Notes: generated by a model from the letters alone, not told the origin. A DNA stretch of 64,000 bases from Nocardioides sp. (GCF_036374615.1 NZ_DASUTK010000100.1:5103-69102); one strand, 5' to 3'. Positions 1-10,460 are shown, counted from the first letter of the stretch. A program made the numbers and translations.

Positions 1-841
1 TCGAGAGCATCGCCTCGCTGCGGGTCTCGGTCCACGCGACCGGACGGCGGAGGGCGAGCGCCGCGCACACGACCGCGGCGTGGTCGGGCGAGACGCCGGC
101 CTTCCCGCCGAAGGCGCCGCCGACGTGGGGCGCGATCACCCGGATCTCCTGCCGGTCGAGGCCGGTGATCTTCGAGAACAGCCGCTGCCCGAGGTGGGGG
201 TGCTGGGTCGACACCCAGACCGTGAGCCGGTGCCCGGCGTCGTCAGGAGTCGGGTCGGCCAGGATCGCGTTGCCCTCGATCGGTGCGGTGGCGAGCCGGT
301 TGTTCTCGATCCGCGCCCGCACCACCACCTCGGCGTCATCGAGCGGGTCGCCCTCGCCGAGCCGACGGATCGCGATGTTGCGGGGCAGCTCCTCGTGCAC
401 CTCGGGGGCGCCGGGCTCGGCCGCCGCCTCGGGGTCGACCACCACCGGCAGCGGTGCGTAGTCGACGTCGACCAGCTCGGTCGCGTCCACCGCCTGCGCC
501 CGGGTCTCGGCGACCACCAGCGCGACGGGGTCGCCGACGTACCGCACCCGGCCCTTGGCGAGCGCGTAGCGTGGCACGGCGTCGTTCGCCTGGGCGAAGA
601 GCGGCACCGGCGTCGCGCCGAGATCCGCGGCGGTGAAGACGCCGACGACGCCCGGGGAAGCGGCCGCCGCGTCGATGTCGACCGCGGTGATCTCGGCGTG
701 GGCGAACGGGCTCCGGACGAACACCGCGTGAAGCGTGTCGGCGCGGGCGCGGGCCACGTTGTCGACGAAGCTGCCCCGGCCACGCAACAGCTCGGGGTCC
801 TCCACCCGGCGGACCGCGGTGCCGAGGATCGATCCAGACAT
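1..841 (-). CDS. Xanthine dehydrogenase/CoxL-family molybdopterin-binding subunit (N-terminal part; runs off window start)
   Basis: Frame not in the ORF track, translated by hand: MSGSILGTAVRRVEDPELLRG...VRSPFAHA...VRYVGDPVALVVAE...VSTQHPH...APHVGGAFGGK. ATG at 841 lies 6 nt after TAGGCT. Confidence 0.88.
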   Translation of the reverse strand, partial: MSGSILGTAVRRVEDPELLRGRGSFVDNVARARADTLHAVFVRSPFAHAEITAVDIDAAAASPGVVGVFTAADLGATPVPLFAQANDAVPRYALAKGRVRYVGDPVALVVAETRAQAVDATELVDVDYAPLPVVVDPEAAAEPGAPEVHEELPRNIAIRRLGEGDPLDDAEVVVRARIENNRLATAPIEGNAILADPTPDDAGHRLTVWVSTQHPHLGQRLFSKITGLDRQEIRVIAPHVGGAFGGKAGVSPDHAAVVCAALALRRPVAWTETRSEAMLS

Positions 842-919
842 GTGCGCAGCCTAGGGTCAGGGCGGAGGAGCGCCGGAAGGTAAGGCCCCCCTTACTTGAA
901 TCGCTCCAACCAATAAAGG

Positions 920-934
920 CACACTGATGTTGTG
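920..934 (+). promoter_or_regulatory. suf operon -10-like hexamer (CACACT) within a CACA-N7-TGTG palindrome; candidate SufR operator, leaderless start
   Basis: Sequence cacactgatgttgtg. CACACT is 6 nt upstream of the GTG start at 932. Confidence 0.5.
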
Positions 935-1606
935 GAAATCATCGAGGACCACCCGACCCGGGATCGCGTGGCACGCGCGATCCTGGTCAACGGACCCTCG
1001 ACGGCCGCCTCGCTGGCCGAACAGCTGGAGCTGACACCCGCCGCGGTCCGCCGCCATCTCGACCATCTGGTCGCCGAGGGCGTCGTCGAGCCGCGGGACC
1101 AGCGGGTCTACGGTCACCGTGGCCGTGGCCGGCCCGCCAAGGCGTTCGCGCTGACCGATGCCGGTCGCGATGCGTTCGACCAGGCGTACGACGACCTGGC
1201 GGCCGACGCGCTCCGGTTCCTGGCCGAGACGGCCGGTGACGAGGCCGTGCTCGCGTTCGCGCGGAGGCGGATGTCGTTCATCGAGCGCGACTACCGACGC
1301 GTCGTGGCCGACGACCCGAGCCTGTCACCCGCCGAGGCGCTGGCGAAGGTGTTCACCGACGAGGGGTACGCCGCCAGCGTGCGCGAGCTGCCCCTCGCCG
1401 ACCAGCGCATCGGTGAGCAGCTGTGCCAGCAGCACTGCCCGGTGTCCCACGTCGCGCAGGAGTTCCCCCAGCTGTGCGAGGCCGAGACCGAGGCGATCGG
1501 CCGGATCCTCGGCACCCATGTCCAGCGGCTCGCCACGATCGCCCACGGCGACGGCGTCTGCACCACGTGTATCCCGGACGTCTCCAATGAGAGGAAGACG
1601 CAGTGA
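932..1606 (+). CDS. sufR: SUF operon transcriptional regulator SufR (HTH plus C-terminal Fe-S Cys cluster)
   Basis: HTH ([13 protein letters not shown]), GRGRP wing, C-terminal QHCP..C..E and VCTTC; first gene of the suf operon. Confidence 0.88.
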   Translation: MEIIEDHPTRDRVARAILVNGPSTAASLAEQLELTPAAVRRHLDHLVAEGVVEPRDQRVYGHRGRGRPAKAFALTDAGRDAFDQAYDDLAADALRFLAETAGDEAVLAFARRRMSFIERDYRRVVADDPSLSPAEALAKVFTDEGYAASVRELPLADQRIGEQLCQQHCPVSHVAQEFPQLCEAETEAIGRILGTHVQRLATIAHGDGVCTTCIPDVSNERKTQ

Positions 1607-3036
1607 CCTCCCAGAACCTGAGCATCGAAGAGCTCAACCCCGAGCTCAAGGGGCTTCGCGAGCGCTATCAGTTCGGATGGGCCGACCGCGACGACGCCGG
1701 GGCCGACGCCACGCGTGGCCTCAACGACGCGGTCGTCCGCGACATCTCGGGCAAGAAGTCCGAGCCGCAGTGGATGCTCGACCTGCGCCTGAAGGGCCTC
1801 AAGCTCTTCGGGCGCAAGCCGATGCCCACGTGGGGCTCCGACCTCTCCGGGATCGACTTCGACAACATCAAGTACTTCGTGCGCTCCAGCGAGAAGCAGG
1901 CGCAGTCGTGGGAGGACCTCCCCGAGGACATCAAGAACACCTACGACAGGCTCGGCATTCCCGAGGCCGAGAAGCAGCGCCTGGTCGCGGGTGTCGCGGC
2001 GCAGTACGAGTCCGAGGTCGTCTACCACTCGATCCGCGAGGACCTCGAGGAGAAGGGCGTCCTGTTCCTCGACACCGACACCGCGCTCAGGGAGCAGCCG
2101 GAGCTGTTCCAGGAGTACTTCGGCACCGTGATCCCGGTCGGCGACAACAAGTTCGCCGCCCTCAACACCGCGGTGTGGTCGGGTGGCTCGTTCATCTACG
2201 TGCCGCCCGGGGTCCACGTCGACATCCCGCTGCAGGCCTACTTCCGGATCAACACCGAGAACATGGGCCAGTTCGAGCGGACGCTGATCATCGTGGACGA
2301 GGACGCCTACGTGCACTACGTCGAGGGCTGCACCGCGCCGATCTACTCGTCGGACTCGCTGCACTCCGCCGTCGTGGAGATCATCGTGAAGAAGGGCGGT
2401 CGCTGCCGCTACACGACCATCCAGAACTGGTCGAACAACGTCTACAACCTCGTCACCAAGCGGGCGACGTGCGAGGCGGGCGCGACCATGGAGTGGGTCG
2501 ACGGCAACATCGGCTCGAAGGTCACGATGAAGTACCCCGCCGTCTACCTGATGGGCGAGCACGCCAAGGGTGAGACGCTGTCGATCGCCTTCGCGGGCGA
2601 GGGCCAGCACCAGGACGCCGGCGCCAAGATGGTGCACGCGGCGCCCCACACCTCGAGCTCCATCCTGAGCAAGTCGGTGGCGCGGGGCGGCGGCCGTACG
2701 TCGTACCGCGGGCTGGTCCAGGTCAACGAGGGCGCGCACGGCTCGAAGTCCAACGTGCTGTGCGACGCCCTGCTGGTCGACCAGATCAGTCGCTCCGACA
2801 CCTATCCGTACGTCGACATCCGCGAGGACGACGTGTCCATGGGTCACGAGGCGAGCGTCTCGAAGGTCAGCGAGGACCAGCTGTTCTACCTGATGTCGCG
2901 CGGCATGCAGGAGGACGAGGCGATGGCCATGATCGTCCGCGGCTTCGTGGAGCCGATCGCCAAGGAGCTGCCCATGGAGTACGCCCTCGAGCTCAACCGC
3001 CTGATCGAGCTCCAGATGGAAGGAGCCGTCGGCTGA
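1603..3036 (+). CDS. sufB: Fe-S cluster assembly protein SufB
   Basis: [41 protein letters not shown] motifs; 4-nt overlap with sufR. Confidence 0.97.
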   Translation: MTSQNLSIEELNPELKGLRERYQFGWADRDDAGADATRGLNDAVVRDISGKKSEPQWMLDLRLKGLKLFGRKPMPTWGSDLSGIDFDNIKYFVRSSEKQAQSWEDLPEDIKNTYDRLGIPEAEKQRLVAGVAAQYESEVVYHSIREDLEEKGVLFLDTDTALREQPELFQEYFGTVIPVGDNKFAALNTAVWSGGSFIYVPPGVHVDIPLQAYFRINTENMGQFERTLIIVDEDAYVHYVEGCTAPIYSSDSLHSAVVEIIVKKGGRCRYTTIQNWSNNVYNLVTKRATCEAGATMEWVDGNIGSKVTMKYPAVYLMGEHAKGETLSIAFAGEGQHQDAGAKMVHAAPHTSSSILSKSVARGGGRTSYRGLVQVNEGAHGSKSNVLCDALLVDQISRSDTYPYVDIREDDVSMGHEASVSKVSEDQLFYLMSRGMQEDEAMAMIVRGFVEPIAKELPMEYALELNRLIELQMEGAVG

Positions 3037-4193
3037 TGACGGCAGTGGCCGAGGCTCTCGAACTGAACCGTGTCGAGAGCCACCTCAACCCGCCTGCGTC
3101 GTACGACCTCGCGGACCACCCGACCCCGACCGGTCGCGAGGAGACCTGGCGCTTCACGCCGCTCAAGCGGCTGCGCGGGATCCTCGACGGCGAGGAGTCG
3201 GATGCCGAGCTGTCGTGGGAGACCACGCTGCCCGACGGCATCACCACGTCGGTGCTCGCGTCGGCGGACGCCCGCGCGGAGCACCTGCCGCCCAACGAGC
3301 TGCCGGCCGCGCTGGCCGTCGAGCGCTCGGGTGCCTGCCGGGTGATCGACGTCCCGGCGGACTGGAGCTCCGACGAGCCGATCCTGGTCCGGCTGCACGG
3401 CGACCACGCCGACACCCTGGTGTGGAGCCAGCTGCTGGTCCGGGTCGGCCACCACGCCCGGGCGACGCTCGTGCTCGAGCACACCGGCTCGGCCCGCTAC
3501 TGCGTCTGCACCTCGGTGGTCGTGGGCGACGGAGCCGACCTCACCATGGTCACCATCCAGGACTGGGACGACGACGCCGTCCACCTCGGACGCGACGCCA
3601 TCAGGGTCGGGCGCGACGCGGCGGTCAAGCACGCCGCGCTCTCGTTCGGCGGCGACCTGGTCCGGATGCACACCAACGTCGACTACGACGGACCCGGTGG
3701 CTCCGCGGAGCTGCTCGGCCTCTACTTCGCCGACGAGGGCCAGCACATCGAGCACCGGCTCTTCGCCGACCACACGGCCCCGCGCACCCGCAGCCACGTC
3801 AGCTACAAGGGCGCGCTGCAGGGGCAGGGCGCCCACACCGTCTGGGTGGGCAACGTGCTGATCCGCAAGGTCGCGGAAGGCATCGACACGTTCGAGGAGA
3901 ACCGCAACCTGGTCCTCACCGACGGCTGCCAGGCCGACTCGATCCCGAACCTGGAGATCGAGACCGGGGAGATCGAGGGAGCCGGCCACGCGTCGGCGAC
4001 CGGTCGGTTCGACGACGAGCAGCTGTTCTACCTGCGCTCGCGCGGGATCGACGAGAAGGAGGCGCGCCGGCTCGTCGTGCACGGCTTCTTCAACGACCTG
4101 ATCCGCAAGATCGGCGTACCCGCGATCGAGGAGCGCCTGGTGCGGATCGTCGAGGCCGAGCTCTCGAAGAACGTCAGCGGGAAGGTGCTGTGA
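3036..4193 (+). CDS. sufD: Fe-S cluster assembly protein SufD
   Basis: EETWRFTP, PNLEIETGEIEGAGHASATG, QLFYLRSRGI; ATG shares the TGA of sufB. Confidence 0.95.
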   Translation: MTAVAEALELNRVESHLNPPASYDLADHPTPTGREETWRFTPLKRLRGILDGEESDAELSWETTLPDGITTSVLASADARAEHLPPNELPAALAVERSGACRVIDVPADWSSDEPILVRLHGDHADTLVWSQLLVRVGHHARATLVLEHTGSARYCVCTSVVVGDGADLTMVTIQDWDDDAVHLGRDAIRVGRDAAVKHAALSFGGDLVRMHTNVDYDGPGGSAELLGLYFADEGQHIEHRLFADHTAPRTRSHVSYKGALQGQGAHTVWVGNVLIRKVAEGIDTFEENRNLVLTDGCQADSIPNLEIETGEIEGAGHASATGRFDDEQLFYLRSRGIDEKEARRLVVHGFFNDLIRKIGVPAIEERLVRIVEAELSKNVSGKVL

Positions 4194-4528
4194 TGGCGTT
4201 CGAACGAGCGTGCTCGCTGAGCGAGGTGGCCGAGGACGAGGCGCTCGGCGTCACCATCGGCGCGTACGAGGTCGCGGTCGCCCGCCACGGCGAGGAAGTC
4301 TTCGCCGTCCAGAACATGTGCAGCCACGCCGCGGTCGCGCTCTCCGAGGGTGAGGTCGAGGACTGCACTGTCGAGTGCTGGCTGCACGGCTCGCGCTTCG
4401 ACCTCCGCACCGGCAAGCCCACCGGCCTCCCCGCCACCGAGCCCGTGACCACCTTCCCCGTCGACGTCCGTGGTGGAGACGTCTACGTCGACACCGAGAC
4501 CACCCTGAACGGAGTTACCCCCTCATGA
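4193..4528 (+). CDS. Rieske-type non-heme iron ferredoxin
   Basis: CSH...CWLHGSRFDLRTG Rieske ligands; lies inside the suf operon. Confidence 0.92.
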   Translation: MAFERACSLSEVAEDEALGVTIGAYEVAVARHGEEVFAVQNMCSHAAVALSEGEVEDCTVECWLHGSRFDLRTGKPTGLPATEPVTTFPVDVRGGDVYVDTETTLNGVTPS

Positions 4529-5286
4529 GCACCCTGGAGATCAAGGACCTGCACGTCAGCGTCGACACCGAGGACGGCGCGAAGGAGATCCTCACGGGGG
4601 TCACCCTCACCATCCGGGCCGGCGAGGTGCACGCGATCATGGGTCCCAACGGGTCCGGCAAGTCGACCCTCGCCTACTCGATCGCGGGGCATCCCAAGTA
4701 CACCAACACCAGCGGCTCCGTGACCCTCGACGGCCAGGACGTGCTGTCGATGACGGTCGACGAGCGCGCGCGGGCCGGGCTGTTCCTCGCCATGCAGTAC
4801 CCCGTCGAGGTCCCGGGCGTGTCCGTGGCGAACTTCCTGCGCACGGCCAAGACCGCGATCGACGGTGAAGCACCCAAGCTGCGGACCTGGATCAAGGACG
4901 TCAACGCCGCGATGGAGAAGGCCGACCTCGACCCGTCGTTCTCGCAGCGCAACGTCAACGAGGGCTTCTCGGGCGGTGAGAAGAAGCGCCACGAGATCGC
5001 ACAGCTCGAGCTGCTCGACCCCAAGGTGGCGGTCCTCGACGAGACCGACTCCGGCCTCGACATCGACGCGCTCAAGGTCGTCTCGCAGGGCGTCAACCGG
5101 TTCGCCGAGGACGACGACAAGGCGGTTCTGCTGATCACGCACTACACGCGGATCCTGCGCTACATCAAGCCGGACTACGTGCACGTCTTCGTCGCCGGCA
5201 AGATCGCCGACGAGGGCGGCCCCGAGCTGGCCGACCAGCTCGAGGCCGAGGGCTACGACAAGTACGTCAAGGCTGCGGCGGTCTGA
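4525..5286 (+). CDS. sufC: Fe-S cluster assembly ATPase SufC
   Basis: GPNGSGKST, FLAMQYP, NEGFSGGEKKR, LDETDSGLDIDAL. Confidence 0.97.
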   Translation: MSTLEIKDLHVSVDTEDGAKEILTGVTLTIRAGEVHAIMGPNGSGKSTLAYSIAGHPKYTNTSGSVTLDGQDVLSMTVDERARAGLFLAMQYPVEVPGVSVANFLRTAKTAIDGEAPKLRTWIKDVNAAMEKADLDPSFSQRNVNEGFSGGEKKRHEIAQLELLDPKVAVLDETDSGLDIDALKVVSQGVNRFAEDDDKAVLLITHYTRILRYIKPDYVHVFVAGKIADEGGPELADQLEAEGYDKYVKAAAV

Positions 5287-6548
5287 TGTCGCTCCCCGGT
5301 CTGCTCCCTGATCTGGAGGTCCTGCGCAAGGACTTCCCGATCCTCGCGCGCACGGTCGCGGGTGGGCAGCCGCTGGTCTACCTCGACAGCGCCAACACCT
5401 CACAGAAGCCGCAGGTGGTCATCGACACGATGGTCGACCACCTCGAGCGGCACAACGCCAACATCGCCCGCGCCATGCACACGCTGGGCTCGGAGTCGAC
5501 CGAGGCGTTCGAGGCGGCCCGCGACAAGGTGGCCGGGTTCATCGGCGCGCCCTCGCGCGACGAGGTGATCTTCACCAAGAACGTCACCGAGGGGCTCAAC
5601 CTGCTGGCGAACACGTTCGCCTGGGCCGACGGCGACCTGCGGGTGGGGCCGGGCGACGAGGTGCTCATCACCGAGATGGAGCACCACTCCAACATCGTGC
5701 CGTGGCAGCTGCTGACCGAGCGGACCGGTGCGACCCTGCGCTGGTTCGGCATCACCGACGACGGGTTGCTGGACCTCTCCCGCATCGACGACCTGATCAC
5801 AGAGCGGACCAAGGTCGTCTCGCTGGCATGGGTGTCGAACATGCTGGGCACGATCAACCCGGTCCGGCAGATCGCCGAGCGGGCGCACCAGGTGGGCGCG
5901 GTGGTGATCGTGGACGCCGCCCAGGCGGTCCCGCACCTGCCGGTCGACGTGGTCGAGAGCGGCGCCGACTTCGTCGCCTTCACCGGCCACAAGTGCGTCG
6001 GTCCGACCGGGATCGGCGTGCTGTGGGGGAAGGCGGACCTGCTCGACCGACTGCCCCCGTTCCACGGCGGCGGAGAGATGATCGAGACCGTCACGATGGA
6101 GCGCTCGACGTACGCCAAGGCGCCGCACAAGTACGAGGCCGGCACTCCACCGATCGTCGAGGCGGTGGGTCTCGGCGCGGCCGTCGACTACCTCGGTCAC
6201 GTCGGGATGGGCGCGATCCACGCCCACGAGCAGGCGATCACCCGGTACGCGCTCGAGGGCATGTCGACCGTGCCCGGGCTGACTGTTCTGGGCCCGACCG
6301 ACCCGACCCTGCGCGGCGGTGCGATCAGCTTCGAGATCGACGGAGTCCACCCGCACGACGTGGCGCAGGTGCTCGACTCGCGCGGCGTCGCCGTGCGCGC
6401 CGGCCACAGCTGCGCCAAGCCGGCTCACGCCCGGTTCGGGGTCCAGAGCTCGACCCGGATGTCGTCGTACCTCTACACGACGCCGGGCGAGATCGACGCC
6501 TTCATCGAGGGGCTGGAATACGTCCGGTCCTACTTCAGGTTGGGGTGA
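5286..6548 (+). CDS. sufS: Cysteine desulfurase SufS
   Basis: YLDSANTSQKP, MEHHSNIVPWQ, TGHK (PLP lysine), RAGHSCA (group II Cys loop). Confidence 0.96.
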   Translation: MSLPGLLPDLEVLRKDFPILARTVAGGQPLVYLDSANTSQKPQVVIDTMVDHLERHNANIARAMHTLGSESTEAFEAARDKVAGFIGAPSRDEVIFTKNVTEGLNLLANTFAWADGDLRVGPGDEVLITEMEHHSNIVPWQLLTERTGATLRWFGITDDGLLDLSRIDDLITERTKVVSLAWVSNMLGTINPVRQIAERAHQVGAVVIVDAAQAVPHLPVDVVESGADFVAFTGHKCVGPTGIGVLWGKADLLDRLPPFHGGGEMIETVTMERSTYAKAPHKYEAGTPPIVEAVGLGAAVDYLGHVGMGAIHAHEQAITRYALEGMSTVPGLTVLGPTDPTLRGGAISFEIDGVHPHDVAQVLDSRGVAVRAGHSCAKPAHARFGVQSSTRMSSYLYTTPGEIDAFIEGLEYVRSYFRLG

Positions 6549-6552
6549 TCCC

Positions 6553-7002
6553 ATGAGCACGGATCTGGACAACCTGTACCAGGAGATCATCCTGGACCAC
6601 TACAAGAACCCGCACCACGCGGGCCTGCGTGAGCCGTTCGAGGCCGAGGTGCACCACGTCAACCCGACCTGCGGCGACGAGGTCACCCTGCGGGTGCACG
6701 TGAACGACGGCGTGGTGGAGGACGTGTCGTACGACGCCGTCGGCTGCTCCATCTCGCAGGCGTCCGCATCGGTGCTGGCCGACCTGGTGATCGGCAAGTC
6801 CGTCGACGACGCGATGGGCGTGCACGAGACGTTCCAGACCCTGATGCAGGGCAAGGGCCAGGTGGAGCCCGACGAGGACGTGCTCGAGGACGGCATCGCC
6901 TTCGCCGGCGTCGCGAAGTTCCCGGCCCGTATCAAGTGCGCACTACTGTCGTGGATGGCGTGGAAGGACGCGACCGCGCAGGCATTGGAGGAGAAGCCAT
7001 GA
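6553..7002 (+). CDS. sufU: SUF system sulfur-transfer protein SufU
   Basis: LYQEIILDH, NPTCGDEV, GCSISQAS, RIKCALL. Confidence 0.95.
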   Translation: MSTDLDNLYQEIILDHYKNPHHAGLREPFEAEVHHVNPTCGDEVTLRVHVNDGVVEDVSYDAVGCSISQASASVLADLVIGKSVDDAMGVHETFQTLMQGKGQVEPDEDVLEDGIAFAGVAKFPARIKCALLSWMAWKDATAQALEEKP

Positions 7003-7388
7003 CGACCAACCCGGCTCACACGCCCGACCATACGGACCTGCCCGAGGTGCCGGAGGCACAGTCGGGTGGCGGCACCGCGACCGTCACCGTCGACGACGTG
7101 ACCGAGGCGATGAAGGACGTCGTCGACCCCGAGCTCGGCATCAACGTGGTCGACCTCGGCCTCGTCTACGGCGTCCACCTCGACGACGACAGCAACTGCG
7201 TCCTCGACATGACGCTCACCTCGGCCGCGTGCCCGCTGACCGACGTGATCCAGGACCAGACCAACAGCGCCCTCGAGGGGCTCGTCGGTGACGTGCTGAT
7301 CAACTGGGTCTGGATGCCGCCGTGGGGTCCCGACAAGATCACCGACGACGGCCGCGAGCAGCTGCGCGCGCTCGGCTTCAACGTCTGA
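6999..7388 (+). CDS. sufT: DUF59/SufT (PaaD-like) Fe-S maturation factor
   Basis: VVDPELGINVVDLGLVY, MTLTSAACP, WMPPWGP. Confidence 0.88.
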   Translation: MTTNPAHTPDHTDLPEVPEAQSGGGTATVTVDDVTEAMKDVVDPELGINVVDLGLVYGVHLDDDSNCVLDMTLTSAACPLTDVIQDQTNSALEGLVGDVLINWVWMPPWGPDKITDDGREQLRALGFNV

Positions 7389-7453
7389 GCGAAACTCTGA
7401 TCCGGAGCAGGCGGGCGGAGTCGGTCCTTCCCGACGCCGCGTACGGTGGCGGT

Positions 7454-7960
7454 GTGAACACCGACACCGAGCCGCCGACCGACGTCGAGGCCTTCTGGAA
7501 CCTCGCGCGGTTCCACGCGAAGCTGAACGCAGCCCCGACGTACTTCGGTCCGACCACGCTCGAGGTGGTCCCACCGCCGGCGTGGTCGTTCGGCGCGACG
7601 CCGGAGCACGCTGACGGCCTGCTGCGGCTGGTCCTCGACGGCACCAAGACCGCCACGTCGACCGCCCTCTGGGACTTCGACGCCGAGGGGGAGGAGCTCC
7701 CGCAGTCCGGGACGCTCAGCATCATCCTGGACGGTGCCGGGCACCCGCGCGCGCTGATCGAGACGACCGACGTGACCGTGGTGCCGTTCGATGAGGTGGA
7801 CGAGGAGCACGCCTGGCTGGAGGGCGAGGGTGATCGTTCCCTGGCCCACTGGCGGGACGTCCACGAGCGGTTCTTCACCGAGCACGCGGCACACGACCGC
7901 GGGTTCGCGCCGGACATGCCGGTGGTGCTCGAGCGGTTCAAGGTTGTCTACCAGGCCTGA
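7454..7960 (+). CDS. ASCH domain-containing protein
   Basis: LVLDGTKTATS, EGEGDRSLAHWRDVHERFF, VVLERF; GTG 6 nt after TACGGT. Confidence 0.88.
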   Translation: MNTDTEPPTDVEAFWNLARFHAKLNAAPTYFGPTTLEVVPPPAWSFGATPEHADGLLRLVLDGTKTATSTALWDFDAEGEELPQSGTLSIILDGAGHPRALIETTDVTVVPFDEVDEEHAWLEGEGDRSLAHWRDVHERFFTEHAAHDRGFAPDMPVVLERFKVVYQA

Positions 7961-8567
7961 CGTCCTCGTCCCGGTGGAGCGGCTGGGTCGCTGGGTCGAG
8001 AACTTCGCTGCCAGGCACGGCGGCGTCGCACTGACCAGCGACGGCGCGCTGCACGGGACGGCTCCCGACGGGTCGACCTTCGTGGCCCGGCTTCCGTTCG
8101 ACCGGACGTACGGCGGACCGGCCGACCCCGTCGCGTTCGCCGCTGCCGCGGTGCCGCCGTCGGTCTGGGGCGTGCTGCTGGTGCGCAAGGGCGGGTTCGC
8201 GGTCGCCCGCCTCGGGGGATCCGCCATGGTGGAGCACAAGGTGGGGCAGCGGCACGTCCAGGGCCGCACGAAGGCGGGCGGGCAGAGCCAGCAGCGGTTC
8301 GCCCGGCGACGCGACAACCAGTCGCGAGAGGCGTACGAGGCGGCCGCCGGGCACGCGGCCCGGATCCTGCGCTCCGGCCCCCTGGTGACCGGTGGCGACC
8401 ACGCCGCCGTGGACTCGGTGCTCGCAGACGCGCGACTGGCCGACCTGCGACGTAGCGGCCTCACGGTCGTGGACCCCTGGCTCCCGGTCCCGGACCCGCG
8501 CCGGCGCGAGCTGGACGCGGCGATCGCCGACGCCCAGGCCGTGGCCATCGAGGTCCACAACGCCTGA
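7944..8567 (+). CDS. Actinobacterial VLRF1-family (acVLRF1) release-factor-like peptidyl-tRNA hydrolase
   Basis: LLVRKGGFAVA...KVGQRHVQGRTKAGGQSQQRFARRRDNQ, LVTGGD. TTG start is inferred and overlaps the ASCH stop. Confidence 0.82.
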   Translation: MSTRPDVLVPVERLGRWVENFAARHGGVALTSDGALHGTAPDGSTFVARLPFDRTYGGPADPVAFAAAAVPPSVWGVLLVRKGGFAVARLGGSAMVEHKVGQRHVQGRTKAGGQSQQRFARRRDNQSREAYEAAAGHAARILRSGPLVTGGDHAAVDSVLADARLADLRRSGLTVVDPWLPVPDPRRRELDAAIADAQAVAIEVHNA

Positions 8568-8570
8568 GCG

Positions 8571-9920
8571 TCAGCCGGGGGACTCGCCGAAGGCGAGCGG
8601 CTCGCGGGTCGCGCGGTAGGTGGCCCAGTTGAGCTTCGTCGGCACGCCCGAGTCGTCCCGGGTGACGAGCAGCAGCTCGCCCCGCTCGCGGCCGCTGACG
8701 GTGCGGTACCGGTCCTCGCCGACCTTCTCGAACACCGACGGGGGACTCGCTGCGGGTGCGCCCTGCGGCCGCGCCTCCAGCCGACCATGCACGACCGAGA
8801 ACACGAACGGAGATCCCTCCAGGAACCACACGCCGCGGAGGCCGGCGAGCTCCTCCGGCAGCTCGGTGCCGGGCGACCACGGCTCGGGCTCGTCAGGGAC
8901 GTCGGCCACGACCCGGTCGCCCAGCTCCACCGCGAACAGGTCGGGCGCGGGGGTCACGGAGGCGTTCATCAGCACCAGCGCTCCGGTCCCGGACTCCCGG
9001 TGGGTGAAGACGCCGGTGATGTGGCCCGGCATCCCGCCGGTGTGCCCGACCCAGGTCCGGCCGGCGGAAGAGCGGGCCAGAAAGAAGCCGAGTCCCATGG
9101 CCCCGGTCCAGCCGTCCACGTCGCGCAGCGCCTGGGGCTGGCACATCTCCTCCATCGTGTCGGGCGAGAGCACCCCCGGGTCGGGGTCGGCGACGAAGGC
9201 CGACCACCGCACGAGGTCCCGCGCGGTGCTGGCCAGACCGCCGCAGGGTGCCATCGCGTGCAGGTCGATGACCGGCTCGGGGCGAGGCACGTCGTCGTAC
9301 GGCGCCACGTAGTAGCCGGTCGCCCGGGCGCCGTCGTCGAACCCCACGGATGTCCGCCGCAGCTCCAGAGGCTCGAGCAGCCGGACACGGAGCGAGTCCT
9401 CCCACGAGCGACCGTCGAGGCGGGCCACGAGCTCGCCGAGCACGGCGTAGACGACGTTCGAGTAGTGCCAGCGGTCGTGCGGACGGCCCACCGCCTCGAC
9501 GTCGGCGAAGCCCCGGAGCAGTTCCTCGGTCGTCGGCTGTTGCAACGTCTCCCAGACGTTGCCCACCGGCTCACGCTGCAGACCGGAGACGTGGGCCAGG
9601 CCCTGTCGCACGGTGGTCGGATGGGTGATCTCGGAGAGGTGGTCGGCGATCCGGTCGTCGAGGCTCAGTCGTCCCTCATCGCGCAGCTGCATCACCATCA
9701 CCGCTGTGAACGTCTTCGAGTTCGAGGCGATCAGGAACTGGTCGTCCGGCCCGGGGGAGCGCTGGGCGCCGACCTCGACAACACCGATCCCGTCTGCCCA
9801 GAGCACGTCGCCCCGACGGTGCACTGCGGCGTACAGACCCGGTACGCGGCCGGTGCGTTGTCGGTCCAGCGCGGTACGACGGAGGGAGCGGACGGTCTGG
9901 TCGGGGAGTGCGGTGGTCAC
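8571..9920 (-). CDS. Serine hydrolase, beta-lactamase/PBP fold
   Basis: SxxK (SNSK), YSN, HTGG; -10 TAGCGT 6 nt upstream, overlapping the stop of the upstream gene. Confidence 0.88.
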   Translation of the reverse strand: MTTALPDQTVRSLRRTALDRQRTGRVPGLYAAVHRRGDVLWADGIGVVEVGAQRSPGPDDQFLIASNSKTFTAVMVMQLRDEGRLSLDDRIADHLSEITHPTTVRQGLAHVSGLQREPVGNVWETLQQPTTEELLRGFADVEAVGRPHDRWHYSNVVYAVLGELVARLDGRSWEDSLRVRLLEPLELRRTSVGFDDGARATGYYVAPYDDVPRPEPVIDLHAMAPCGGLASTARDLVRWSAFVADPDPGVLSPDTMEEMCQPQALRDVDGWTGAMGLGFFLARSSAGRTWVGHTGGMPGHITGVFTHRESGTGALVLMNASVTPAPDLFAVELGDRVVADVPDEPEPWSPGTELPEELAGLRGVWFLEGSPFVFSVVHGRLEARPQGAPAASPPSVFEKVGEDRYRTVSGRERGELLLVTRDDSGVPTKLNWATYRATREPLAFGESPG

Positions 9921-9929
9921 GCCACGACG

Positions 9930-10406
9930 CTAGCCCTTGACCTCCCGCTCGTACGCGGCGCGGTGCGCGAGCCAACGCTCGGCGACACCCTCCATCTCGC
10001 GTCCCACGAACACGAGGAACTCTCGCATCAGGCGCAGTCGACGATAGGTCGGCGACTCGTGATCGAGGTGGTCCAGGGCGTCCTCGAGTGCGGTGATCAT
10101 CGGCCCGTAGAGCTGGTCCTCGCGCAGCATCGCCTGCAGCCACGCGTCGTCGTCGACGACGTAGACGTCGCGTCGCCCGCCGCGCTCCCGCTCGCGGTGG
10201 ACGAAGCCGATCTGCGCCAGGTACCGGACGGCACCCGACACCGATGCGGGACTGACGCCCAGGGCGTCGACCAGCTCCGCGGAGGTCATCCGGCCGTCCT
10301 CGTCCGCGGTCAGCGCGGCGAAGACACGGGAGGGCAGCCGCTGCAGGCCGGCCGCGGTGAGGGCGGCGCCCATCCGCTCGACGTAGCGGGTGGTGGGGTC
10401 CGTCAT
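9930..10406 (-). CDS. MarR/GbsR-family transcriptional regulator
   Basis: MTDPTTRYVERMGAAL...LPSRVFAAL...LGVSPASVSGAVRYL winged HTH; divergent from an ABC exporter. Confidence 0.85.
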   Translation of the reverse strand: MTDPTTRYVERMGAALTAAGLQRLPSRVFAALTADEDGRMTSAELVDALGVSPASVSGAVRYLAQIGFVHRERERGGRRDVYVVDDDAWLQAMLREDQLYGPMITALEDALDHLDHESPTYRRLRLMREFLVFVGREMEGVAERWLAHRAAYEREVKG

Positions 10407-10419
10407 GACTGCAGTATCA

Positions 10420-10438
10420 CAGAATTTAGAAAGTTCTG
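10420..10438. promoter_or_regulatory. AT-rich imperfect palindrome CAGAA-N9-TTCTG; likely operator of the MarR-type regulator
   Basis: cagaatttagaaagttctg lies between the divergent starts at 10406 and 10461. Confidence 0.6.
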
Positions 10439-10460
10439 AAAGTTGTGTACGCTCGTCGTC

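Noticed and set aside
1-841. Calling this gene aerobic CO dehydrogenase coxL
   Set aside because: The diagnostic active-site loop lies outside the window; only the family can be assigned.
887-900. gtaagg-cccc-ccttac hairpin as another C-loop element
   Set aside because: It lies upstream of the inferred transcription start, so it is probably not in RNA, and the loop lacks the U-C5-G form.
8571-9920. Calling the SxxK proteins (also 26701-27612) beta-lactam resistance genes
   Set aside because: No signal peptides; the fold is shared by many esterases and peptidases.
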